A stretch of 64,000 nt of DNA. Origin: an uncultured Gemmatimonadaceae bacterium. GTDB taxonomy: Bacteria; Gemmatimonadota; Gemmatimonadetes; Gemmatimonadales; Gemmatimonadaceae. Positions 35,752 through 43,977 of this stretch are shown here, in pieces. The DNA is taken from positions 1,440,001 through 1,504,000 of the forward strand of contig CAWFQK010000004.1 in the NCBI GenBank assembly GCA_963817955.1. The letters run 5' to 3'. Each line of letters begins with the position of its first letter. Positions within the stretch are counted from its first letter, which is position 1. The position numbers and the translations under genes were made by a program. The notes beneath the pieces were generated by a model that was given only the letters and a program-made list of their open reading frames with translations, ran no database searches and was not told the origin of the DNA.

Positions 35752-37214
35752 TGGATCCTCAATGCGCCGGGGCTACCAAGCGTCCACTCGAGCCGCACCG
35801 TGCCGCGCCGTTGATTCCAATTCACTAACTGTGGCGCGTCGCTGCCTGTGTGATGATACAGCAGCATATCGGCTACGAGGCGCAAATCGGGGAACAGGCG
35901 CACCGCAGCCTCTCCGCCTCCACCGACCACCCGGCCCGAACCGATCTGGAATTCATAGATGTTCTGAAAGGCCAATCCGTGGAGTGCGAGCGACAGGCCA
36001 TCGCTTGGCGCCCAACGCAGCGCAACGTCTTCATCGCTGGTCGACGCGCCGAAATCGATATCGGCGTTGTAGCTCCCCTGGACCGACCATGCGTTGGACG
36101 CCCGGAAGGAGCCGGTTGCGCCAACGCGCCAGCCGCTCGCGCGGAGCGGCAGGAACGCGACGCCACTCTGCGTGTCATCGTACGACCGTCGCCCGCCCGA
36201 TGCACCCAGGCTCACGCGAGCATCGCTGCTCGCCCAATCCAGGTTGCCGGAGACTTCTTTGTAGCCCACGGGAGCAAATGCGCCCCAGATCGTCCAGAGA
36301 TCGAAGTAGGGCGCGTAATGGCGTGCCTCGATCCGCGCCGTCGCCGATCGCGGCAGCACGAAGCGGAGCGCCAGAGAGAGATCGTTGAAGGTGCCGGTCG
36401 CCAGGTCGCGCGTGAGCTCGCCCGACAACGTGCTCTTCCCGGCATGCAGTTCGCCATCGGCGGCGACCCGCTCGGAATAGAGTCCGGCGCGATCTCGACG
36501 GATCTCGCGTTGGTACTGCACGCGGAACGCGCCGAGTGCATTGGGACGAAGCTGCGCCGTTGCCCCGATCACGTACGCACCATCGGTCGGCGGAAGATCT
36601 TCGACTGGCGCGAGCACACTAGCGTCGAGCGGTCGATTGAGCCCAGACACGAGGGTGCCACCACCATACACTTCGGCAGATACGCTACTCATCGGCCGCA
36701 GGAGCACCGATCCACCATCGAAGTTGAAGACGCCGAGCGACGAGGTGATCCACTGGCGGCCAAGCCTCGCACGCGCTCGGGAGCGGTCCATCTCGATGTA
36801 GGCATCGAGCGCATCGAACGTCTGCGTCGCTTGTGGCCACAGGTCGCGCGCATCGCCCGCTGCTCCGCGCGCCCGCAGTTGCGCGTGCACGCTGATTCCC
36901 TCACCGAAGCCCCAGCCCGTGACGTCAAGATCCTGGGTCATGGCGACGAGGGCGTTCCTGGACGCTGACCGAAGGAACGTGCAGTACTGGTTCAGCGCAT
37001 CGCATCGCGCGAGTATGCCGGACGTCGTGCGGCGATATACGCCGTACGCCGAATCCGTCGATGCATAGGCAATGCTATCGAGCACGAGCGGCTGCAGCTC
37101 GATGTATTGAGCCGAGCTGGCCCCCCTGATGACGACGCCCTGCGCCGCCGCCCTGCTCGCCGTCACGGCAACGAGGGCGGCCGTGAGGGCGATTCCTGCA
37201 ATATGGCGCCTCAT
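35748..37214 (-). CDS. Putative outer-membrane beta-barrel porin of a porin-cytochrome pair
   Basis: Signal peptide, many amphipathic strands with aromatic girdle (RARLGRQWI, FRVQYQRE, WSVQGSY, TVRLEWTL). Translationally coupled to the 18-heme cytochrome. Confidence 0.78.
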   Translation of the reverse strand: MRRHIAGIALTAALVAVTASRAAAQGVVIRGASSAQYIELQPLVLDSIAYASTDSAYGVYRRTTSGILARCDALNQYCTFLRSASRNALVAMTQDLDVTGWGFGEGISVHAQLRARGAAGDARDLWPQATQTFDALDAYIEMDRSRARARLGRQWITSSLGVFNFDGGSVLLRPMSSVSAEVYGGGTLVSGLNRPLDASVLAPVEDLPPTDGAYVIGATAQLRPNALGAFRVQYQREIRRDRAGLYSERVAADGELHAGKSTLSGELTRDLATGTFNDLSLALRFVLPRSATARIEARHYAPYFDLWTIWGAFAPVGYKEVSGNLDWASSDARVSLGASGGRRSYDDTQSGVAFLPLRASGWRVGATGSFRASNAWSVQGSYNADIDFGASTSDEDVALRWAPSDGLSLALHGLAFQNIYEFQIGSGRVVGGGGEAAVRLFPDLRLVADMLLYHHTGSDAPQLVNWNQRRGTVRLEWTLGSPGALRIQ

Positions 37215-37293
37215 CGTACAGCTCAGTTCATGAGAAAACAGGTCGCGCAGTCGCTTACGGTGTCATAATCGCCAACCGGGGGTCGCCGCTCAG

Positions 37294-37436
37294 TCGGTAA
37301 GCACCCGCGCCCGTGTCGGGGCGATTGCGACAGCACGCCGCCCCCTTTCCCCCTTTCCACAGCGGCGCGTACGAAGTGTCGGGCAATGTCCGCATGCTGT
37401 CAGGACGGCCGGACGTCGGCGTAGGCGAATCGCGAA
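37294..37436. promoter_or_regulatory. Putative regulator boxes upstream of the porin-cytochrome operon
   Basis: TCGGT-AAGCA-CCCGC (37294), TCGGG-GCGAT-TGCGA (37316), TCGGG-CAATG-TCCGC (37379), TCAGG half-site (37400). Spacings of 21-22 bp. Confidence 0.45.
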
Positions 37437-37475
37437 GGGGAGTGACGTCGGCGGCAGTTACGAGGCTGGGAGATG

Positions 37476-37511
37476 CGCAATGGGGCTGCGGATTTCCGCA
37501 GCCCCATTGCG
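37476..37511. terminator. Perfect 16-bp hairpin downstream of the Spy-like gene
   Basis: CGCAATGGGGCTGCGG-ATTT-CCGCAGCCCCATTGCG. Weak U-tract. Confidence 0.6.
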
Positions 37512-37537
37512 TGGTCGGTCGCAAACGCCGCCGGGTC

Positions 37538-38002
37538 TCACCCAGGCTGGCCGGCGCGCCGCCGGAGCAGGCGACGAACCGCCACCACATTCTTGTCGAA
37601 CGTCGTCTGCTGCTCTGGCGTCAGCACGCTGCGCAGGTCGGTCAACGCCAGGCGGACATTCTTCACGCCCTCGCGCCGAACCGCAACCAACTCACGGCGC
37701 GCGGCGTGTGCAGCCGCTGTGTCTTTTGCCTGACGCGCCGCACGAAGCTTGGCAGCGATCGGCTTCGCCGATTCTGCGAGCTCCTTGAATTTCGGTGAGT
37801 ACTTGGCCGACACGAGGCCAAGGTCTGCTCGTTCGGTGTCAGTCAACACGATGCCACGCAGCGAGACACGGACGACGCGCGCTACGAATGGACGCTGCGC
37901 GGCCTGCTGGGATGTGGTGGTCTGGGCACCGCCCTGTGCGGCAGCGATGCTCACGGTGGTTAGCGTGAGCGCGGCGGCGAGGAGGAGAGGCGTACGGCGC
38001 AT
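37538..38002 (-). CDS. Spy/CpxP-family periplasmic protein
   Basis: Signal peptide, LTDTE and VLTPEQQTTFD (LTxxQ) motifs, all-helical. ATG 38002. Confidence 0.75.
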   Translation of the reverse strand: MRRTPLLLAAALTLTTVSIAAAQGGAQTTTSQQAAQRPFVARVVRVSLRGIVLTDTERADLGLVSAKYSPKFKELAESAKPIAAKLRAARQAKDTAAAHAARRELVAVRREGVKNVRLALTDLRSVLTPEQQTTFDKNVVAVRRLLRRRAGQPG

Positions 38003-38147
38003 GTGGAATCCCAATTGTCTGGTATGTGAGCGCGTGTCGCACGCACTCCACACACCAGACGTTGGGTAGTGGGCTGGCGTTAAGGCTGCTGTAGAAGCTT
38101 CAAGGGAATTCCGATCCGCGCATCAGACCAATCGGAACCGATATCAG

Positions 38148-38600
38148 CTACTTGGTGCCCACGGCACTCTTGGGCTTTGGCGTCTGCGTTGGTGCGTCAG
38201 GATTGTGCAGCGCACGCATGGCGCTGTCCGACAGCATCGGCGTCACACCGTTGCGACCGGCGATCTCTTTGGACGCGCTGTCAGCCAGCGCCTTATTATG
38301 AAGCTTCTGGGCGACCATGTAGATGCCGAAGTACGGTGCAGCGTCACTCGGCGCCGCCGCTGCGGCCGTGCGGTACTCCTTGAGCGCAGACTCGAACGCG
38401 CCCGTGCGGAACTCCGCGTTGCCCTTGTCCAGCGCATTGCGCGCGGCTTCCGGCAATGCATCACGCACAGCAGACCTGCCGGTGGACGCCGACGTCGCGA
38501 CCAGCGGTTGCTTGGGCGGGTTCTGTGAACGCGAACAGGCGAGCAGGCCGGCGACCGCAGCCAGCACGACGGGAAACAAGCGCGGCGAAGAGACAAGCAT
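38148..38600 (-). CDS. TPR-containing lipoprotein
   Basis: Lipobox LLAC, TPR LDKGNAEFRTGAFESALKEYRTA...PYFG. ATG 38600. Confidence 0.72.
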   Translation of the reverse strand: MLVSSPRLFPVVLAAVAGLLACSRSQNPPKQPLVATSASTGRSAVRDALPEAARNALDKGNAEFRTGAFESALKEYRTAAAAAPSDAAPYFGIYMVAQKLHNKALADSASKEIAGRNGVTPMLSDSAMRALHNPDAPTQTPKPKSAVGTK

Positions 38601-38695
38601 GGCGGACCTCAGTGTCGGAAATGGAGAACCAAACGACACACCCAGTATCCCGTCTCGGAGAGTCAATCACAATCGCCGGAACGCCACGTTCCACG

Positions 38696-38710
38696 TCAGG
38701 CAACGCCTCA
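38696..38710. promoter_or_regulatory. Putative regulator box upstream of the hydrogenase operon
   Basis: TCAGG-CAACG-CCTCA in the divergent intergenic region. Confidence 0.5.
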
Positions 38711-38867
38711 CGGCAGTGTCCGAAAACATGCCTTCGCAAATCAGTCTTATGCGTCTACTGGGCGGTGCCCATCGCAACAATTGTACACGGCACGCGTGAA
38801 CGCCGTAGCCAGCCTCGCACACCCTTTAGGTGGTGCGGCAATCCACGCCCAGTCAGGAGTCCGTTCC

Positions 38868-40058
38868 GTGCTTACTCCGCATCCGGTCGCGTGGTCGGAC
38901 GACGAGTCGCTCGCAACGCACCTCGAACATCGCGGCATCACTCGACGCGATTTCCTCGAGTTCTGCGGGCAGATGGCCGCCGTCCTGGGTCTCTCGACCA
39001 TCGCTGTGCCGCGCATCGCCGAGGCGATGGAGACCCTTCGCCGTCCCAGTGTGATCTGGCTGCAGTTGCAGGAGTGTACTGGATGTGTCGAAAGCGTGCT
39101 CCGGACGTCGGATCCGACGATCGGCGATCTCGTGCTCGACGTCATCTCGCTCGACTATCAGCATACGCTCATGGCCGCTGCGGGCACGGCGGCGGAGAAA
39201 GCGCTGACCGCCGCGCGAACGGCGAACGCCGGGAAGTATCTGCTCGTCGTCACGGGCTCGGTGCCGACGAATGCCAACGGAATGTATACGATGATCGGCG
39301 GGCAGACCGCGCGCTCGATTCTCGAAGCGACGGCCAAGGACGCCGCGGCGGTGATCGCTCTCGGCGCGTGCGCACACTGGGGCAGCGTGCAAGCGTCCAA
39401 GCCGAACCCCACGGGAGCCGTCGGCGTGTCGGAGATCGTCCGCGACAAACCGGTCGTCAACATTGCCGGCTGCCCGCCGATTGCCGATGTCGTGACCGCA
39501 ACGATCGTGCACTATCTCACATTCAATCGGCTGCCGGCGCTCGACTTCGACGGGCGGCCACGGTTCGCCTATCAGAACCGCATTCACGACCAGTGCTCCA
39601 AACGGGCGCACTACGACGCGGGCCAGTTCGTGCAAGCGTTCGATGACGAGGGCGCGCGTAAGGGCTACTGCCTCTACGAAGTCGGGTGCAAAGGTCCAGC
39701 GACTTTCTCGCCCTGCCCGATCTTCATGTGGAACTCGCGCACGAGTTGGCCGATTGGGGCGGGACATCCATGCATCGGCTGTACGGAACGGAACTTCTGG
39801 GACACCATGACACCGTTCTACAACCGACTGCCGAACATTGCGGGCATCGGCGTGGAACACACGGCCGACATCGTTGGCGTTTCGCTCGCGGCCGGCGCGC
39901 TGGCGGGCGTCGCCGCGCACGCCGCGGCCACGGGCATCTACCAGATCCAGACACGCCGCAAGCAGGTCACGCACGAAATCCCGAGTGCTGCCGCGCCGAA
40001 CGGCGCGTACGTGTCGCCCGAGGAATCCAAACAGCCGGCGCACCGGGGAGAGGAATGA
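38868..40058 (+). CDS. hyaA: Group 1 [NiFe] hydrogenase small subunit
   Basis: Tat motif TRRDFL, ECTGC, GCPP, HDQC, CLYEVGCKGP, WPIGAGHPCIGC, C-terminal TM. AGGAG then GTG 38868. Confidence 0.96.
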   Translation: MLTPHPVAWSDDESLATHLEHRGITRRDFLEFCGQMAAVLGLSTIAVPRIAEAMETLRRPSVIWLQLQECTGCVESVLRTSDPTIGDLVLDVISLDYQHTLMAAAGTAAEKALTAARTANAGKYLLVVTGSVPTNANGMYTMIGGQTARSILEATAKDAAAVIALGACAHWGSVQASKPNPTGAVGVSEIVRDKPVVNIAGCPPIADVVTATIVHYLTFNRLPALDFDGRPRFAYQNRIHDQCSKRAHYDAGQFVQAFDDEGARKGYCLYEVGCKGPATFSPCPIFMWNSRTSWPIGAGHPCIGCTERNFWDTMTPFYNRLPNIAGIGVEHTADIVGVSLAAGALAGVAAHAAATGIYQIQTRRKQVTHEIPSAAAPNGAYVSPEESKQPAHRGEE

Positions 40059-40060
40059 CC

Positions 40061-41773
40061 ATGGCCAAGACAAGAATTGTGGTCGATCCCATCACGCGCA
40101 TCGAAGGCCACCTGCGCATCGAAGCGCAGACCGAGGCTGGCAAGATCACCAGCGCCTGGGCATCGGCAACGCAGTTCCGCGGGATCGAGATGATTCTGCA
40201 GGGCCGCGATCCACGTGACGCTTGGGCGTTCGCGCAGCGCATTTGCGGCGTCTGCACCGTGGTCCACGCGGTCGCCTCATGTCGCGCCGTCGAGGACGCG
40301 CTGGATATTCGCATCCCGGCGAACGCCAACACGATTCGCAATCTCGTTCTCGGAATGCAGTTCGTGCAGGACCACGTCATTCACTTCTATCACCTGCACG
40401 CACTCGACTGGGTGGACGTCGTGAGCGCGCTCTCGGCCAACCCCACGAAGGCGGCACAGATTGCCGCGTCGCTATCACCCTGGCCGAACAACTCGGCTAC
40501 GCACTTCAAAGAAGTGCAGGACCGCGTAAAGAAATTCGTCGGCTCTGGTCAACTCGGCATCTTCACGAACGGCTATTGGGGCCATCCGGCGTATAAGCTC
40601 CCGCCCGAAGTCAACCTCATCGCGGTCACGCACTATCTGGAAGCACTCGACTGGCAGCGCGACATCATTCGGCTCCACGCCATCTTCGGCGGCAAGAACC
40701 CGCACCCCAATTTTCTCGTTGGCGGCATGGCCTCGGCCATCAATCTCGATGAAGACGCGACGATCAACAGCGCGCGTCTCGCAGACGTGCAGGGGATGAT
40801 CACGCGGGCGCAACGGTTCGTTGAGCAGGTGTATTGGCCGGACCTCGTCGCGATTGCGGGCTACTACAAGGACTGGGCAGCGATCGGCGGCGGCGTCGGG
40901 AATTATCTCGCCGTCGGCGAGTTCCCCGAAACCGACATTCGCGACCTCAACTCGCTGTACTTCCCGCGCGGTGTGATCATGAACAAGGATCTCACCAAGG
41001 TCCATCCGTACGATCACACTGGCGTCTCCGAGTTCATCCACAGCTCGTGGTACGACTATGGGAAGGGCGACGTGGGCCTGCACCCGTACGAGGGCGAGAC
41101 GAACCCGAAGTACACCGGGCCCGACGCGCCCTGGACGTATCTGCAGGATTCCACGAAGTACTCGTGGATGAAGGCCCCGCGCTACAACGGCCACCCGATG
41201 GAAGTCGGACCACTGGCCCGTGTGCTGGTCGCCTACGCCTCGGGACACAAGGAAGTCCAAGCGATGGCGAATGACACGTTGAAAGCGCTCAATGCGCCCC
41301 CGACTGCGCTCTTCTCCACGCTCGGCCGCACGGCCGCACGCGGTATTGAGACGGTGCTCATCGCGCGCCGGCTCAGCACCTGGTACGATACGCTCGTCAA
41401 CCGCATCAAGGCCGGCGACGTGGCGACGTTCGCGCCGGCGAAGTTCGATCCTTCGACCTGGCCGGCCAAGTCGCGCGGCTACGGCGCACTCGACGCGCCC
41501 CGTGGGGCCCTCGGCCACTGGGTCGAGATCGAAAATCACAAGATCACACGGTACCAGTGCGTGGTGCCGACGACGTGGAACGCCTCGCCCCGCGACGCGC
41601 AGGGGCAGGTTGGACCGTACGAAGCGGCGCTCACGGACAACCACCCGCTGGCAATCCCCGATCAGCCGATCGAGATTCTGCGCACGATTCACTCGTTCGA
41701 TCCCTGCATCGCCTGCGGCGTGCACGTGCTCGACGCCACGGGCAAGGAGATCGGGGAGGTCACGGTGCAATGA
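40061..41773 (+). CDS. hyaB: Group 1 [NiFe] hydrogenase large subunit
   Basis: DPITRIEGH, L1 QRICGVCTVVH, L2 SFDPCIACGVH plus a cleavable C-terminal tail. Confidence 0.97.
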   Translation: MAKTRIVVDPITRIEGHLRIEAQTEAGKITSAWASATQFRGIEMILQGRDPRDAWAFAQRICGVCTVVHAVASCRAVEDALDIRIPANANTIRNLVLGMQFVQDHVIHFYHLHALDWVDVVSALSANPTKAAQIAASLSPWPNNSATHFKEVQDRVKKFVGSGQLGIFTNGYWGHPAYKLPPEVNLIAVTHYLEALDWQRDIIRLHAIFGGKNPHPNFLVGGMASAINLDEDATINSARLADVQGMITRAQRFVEQVYWPDLVAIAGYYKDWAAIGGGVGNYLAVGEFPETDIRDLNSLYFPRGVIMNKDLTKVHPYDHTGVSEFIHSSWYDYGKGDVGLHPYEGETNPKYTGPDAPWTYLQDSTKYSWMKAPRYNGHPMEVGPLARVLVAYASGHKEVQAMANDTLKALNAPPTALFSTLGRTAARGIETVLIARRLSTWYDTLVNRIKAGDVATFAPAKFDPSTWPAKSRGYGALDAPRGALGHWVEIENHKITRYQCVVPTTWNASPRDAQGQVGPYEAALTDNHPLAIPDQPIEILRTIHSFDPCIACGVHVLDATGKEIGEVTVQ

Positions 41774-42549
41774 GCACCCTCACTCCGCAGGATCTCGATC
41801 GCGAGCCACATTGGAAATCGCCTGATGACCGGCGGATGTCCACGACGTTCGAGGAGGCCATTCCCCAGGGCCTGTCCGAACACCGCTGGGTCTACCTGTG
41901 GCACTGGCCGCTTCGCGCCATGCACTGGATTGCCGCTGCCTCGATCGTTGTCCTCATCCTGACCGGCTTCTACATCGGCCGGCCGTACTTCATGTCCACC
42001 ACCGCCCAGTCGTCATTCACACTGCAGTGGGTACGCCTGGTGCACTTCATCGCTGCCGGTGTGTTGATTGCCACCGCGATCGTACGCACGTATTGGTTGT
42101 TTGCCGGCAACCGGTTCGAGCGGCTGCCGGCGCTCTTTCCGGTGCGGCCGCGCGACTGGCGCAATCTCGTACGGATGGTGCAGTACTACCTGCTCATCCA
42201 TCCAAAGCGCGCGCCGCGCTACCTCGGACACAACCCGCTGCAGCAGACGTTCTACACCTTCACGTACTTTGTGGCGGCACTGATGGTCCTGACCGGATTC
42301 ATTCTCATTGGACAGGCGAATCCCGGCGGCGTACTGATGCATACGTTTGGTCGCCTCGCTCCGGTGCTCGGCGGCATGCAGATGGTCCGCGTCATCCATC
42401 ATGTGGCCACGTGGTACTTCCCGATTTTCATCATCTTCCATGTCTATCTGGCCATTCGTGCAGACCTGCTGGAGCGCAGCGGAACGATGTCGTCTATGGT
42501 GAGCGGCGGGCGCTTCGTGCCCGTCGAGGAGCAGTATGCAGATGGTTGA
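41770..42549 (+). CDS. hyaC: Hydrogenase b-type cytochrome subunit
   Basis: PLRAMHW, VRLVHF, YLGHNPLQ, IHHVATW..FHVYLAIRAD. ATG 41770. Confidence 0.94.
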   Translation: MSTLTPQDLDREPHWKSPDDRRMSTTFEEAIPQGLSEHRWVYLWHWPLRAMHWIAAASIVVLILTGFYIGRPYFMSTTAQSSFTLQWVRLVHFIAAGVLIATAIVRTYWLFAGNRFERLPALFPVRPRDWRNLVRMVQYYLLIHPKRAPRYLGHNPLQQTFYTFTYFVAALMVLTGFILIGQANPGGVLMHTFGRLAPVLGGMQMVRVIHHVATWYFPIFIIFHVYLAIRADLLERSGTMSSMVSGGRFVPVEEQYADG

Positions 42550-43054
42550 AGAACTGGTATCGGGCCTCGACGTCGTCATGGGCGTCGGGAACCCGCTCAT
42601 GGGCGACGACGGGCTCGGGATTGCCGCCGTCGCCGCGTTGCGTACGCGGTGGATGGATTCGACAAAGTTGGTCATCGTGGATGGCGGTACGTGGGGAATG
42701 AATCTGCTCCCCCTCATCGAGGGGGCGCGCCGGCTCATGATCATCGACGCGATCGATCGCGGCCTCCCGCCCGGCGCGCGGATCGAGCTCGAACGTGAGG
42801 AGATCCCGCGGTATCTCGGTCTCAAGCTGTCACCGCATCAGCTCGACCTGCGCGAAGTTCTGGCGCTCGCCGAGTTGCGCGGCACGCTGCCTGAGGAGAC
42901 GATCGCCATCGGCGTGCAGCCGGATCGCGTGGAATTGTCGCTCGAGCTCTCGCCCGTCGTTGCGGCGAAACTGCCCGGGCTCCTGAGCGACATCGAGGAG
43001 CAGCTCGTACGCTGGGGACACCGGCCTGTGGACACGCGCGTGATTCATGCATGA
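42536..43054 (+). CDS. hyaD: Hydrogenase maturation endopeptidase
   Basis: GVGNPLMGDDGLG, VDGGT, IDAID, SPHQ. Confidence 0.95.
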   Translation: MQMVEELVSGLDVVMGVGNPLMGDDGLGIAAVAALRTRWMDSTKLVIVDGGTWGMNLLPLIEGARRLMIIDAIDRGLPPGARIELEREEIPRYLGLKLSPHQLDLREVLALAELRGTLPEETIAIGVQPDRVELSLELSPVVAAKLPGLLSDIEEQLVRWGHRPVDTRVIHA

Positions 43055-43307
43055 GATGGGTGTCGCGATGGAGATCTGCCGCATTGCCGAAGCACGCGTC
43101 GGCACCGAATCCGCGGCGTTCGTCACGCGGTTGGCGGTAACGATAGGCGACGAGGCGGGCGTCGAGCCGTCAAGCCTCGAGTTCTGTCTCGACGCGCTTC
43201 TGGCACAGCCGCCGTTCGGCGGCGCCACGGCGCAGATCATCTCAACGACGGGTGACACTCTTCGTTTGGACTACTTGGAGATCGACGATGACCGTGAGAG
43301 TGATTGA
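43047..43307 (+). CDS. hypA: Nickel metallochaperone HypA, short form without zinc domain
   Basis: MHE Ni motif, IGDEAGVEPSSLEF, terminal GDTLRLDYLEI. Only 86 aa, no CxxC pairs. Confidence 0.88.
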   Translation: MHEMGVAMEICRIAEARVGTESAAFVTRLAVTIGDEAGVEPSSLEFCLDALLAQPPFGGATAQIISTTGDTLRLDYLEIDDDRESD

Positions 43308-43977
43308 CATTCGCGAGCGCGTCATGGAGCAGAACGACCGGATCGCCGCGCTCGTCCGGCAACGTCTCGACGATTCGGGCGTTCCGGCGCTCAACCTCAT
43401 GTCGTCACCCGGTGCCGGCAAGACGTCGTTGCTCGAACGCACGCTCGCCGATCAGGGATCGCTGCTTCGCATCGCGACCGTCGTGGGAGACGTGCAGACT
43501 CAGAATGACGCCGACCGTCTCGCACGGCACACCGATCGCCTGGTGCAAGCTGTGGTCACGGGCGGGGCCTGCCATCTCGACGCGCGTCAGGTGATGGCGG
43601 CGCTCGATGCCATCGACCTGTACGACGTCGACCTGCTGTTCATCGAGAACGTCGGCAATCTCGTCTGCCCGGCGAGCTGGCAGCTGGGCGAAAGCGCGAA
43701 CGTCGTACTCTTTGCCGTCACCGAGGGCGAAGACAAGCCGCTCAAGTATCCGAAGATGTTTCAGAAGTCGCACTACGCGCTCATCACAAAGACCGACTTG
43801 CTGCCGTACCTCGACTTCGACGTCGATCGTGCGATCGGGTACCTACGTGACGTCAACCCAAATATCGATGTCATCCTGACCTCATCGCGCACAGGCGAGG
43901 GGCTCCACGATTGGTACACGCTGCTCCACCGGCATGTTCACGGCGCACGCCATGTGGAACCCGAAGTAGTCGCGTGA
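43288..43977 (+). CDS. hypB: Hydrogenase nickel-insertion GTPase HypB
   Basis: SSPGAGKT, GACHLDA, ENVGNLVCP, EGEDKPLKYP, TKTDL. ATG 43288. Confidence 0.96.
   Translation: MTVRVIDIRERVMEQNDRIAALVRQRLDDSGVPALNLMSSPGAGKTSLLERTLADQGSLLRIATVVGDVQTQNDADRLARHTDRLVQAVVTGGACHLDARQVMAALDAIDLYDVDLLFIENVGNLVCPASWQLGESANVVLFAVTEGEDKPLKYPKMFQKSHYALITKTDLLPYLDFDVDRAIGYLRDVNPNIDVILTSSRTGEGLHDWYTLLHRHVHGARHVEPEVVA

Noticed and set aside
41690..41730. Selenocysteine ([NiFeSe]) hydrogenase
   Set aside because: L2 is DPCIAC encoded by TGC codons, with no in-frame TGA.
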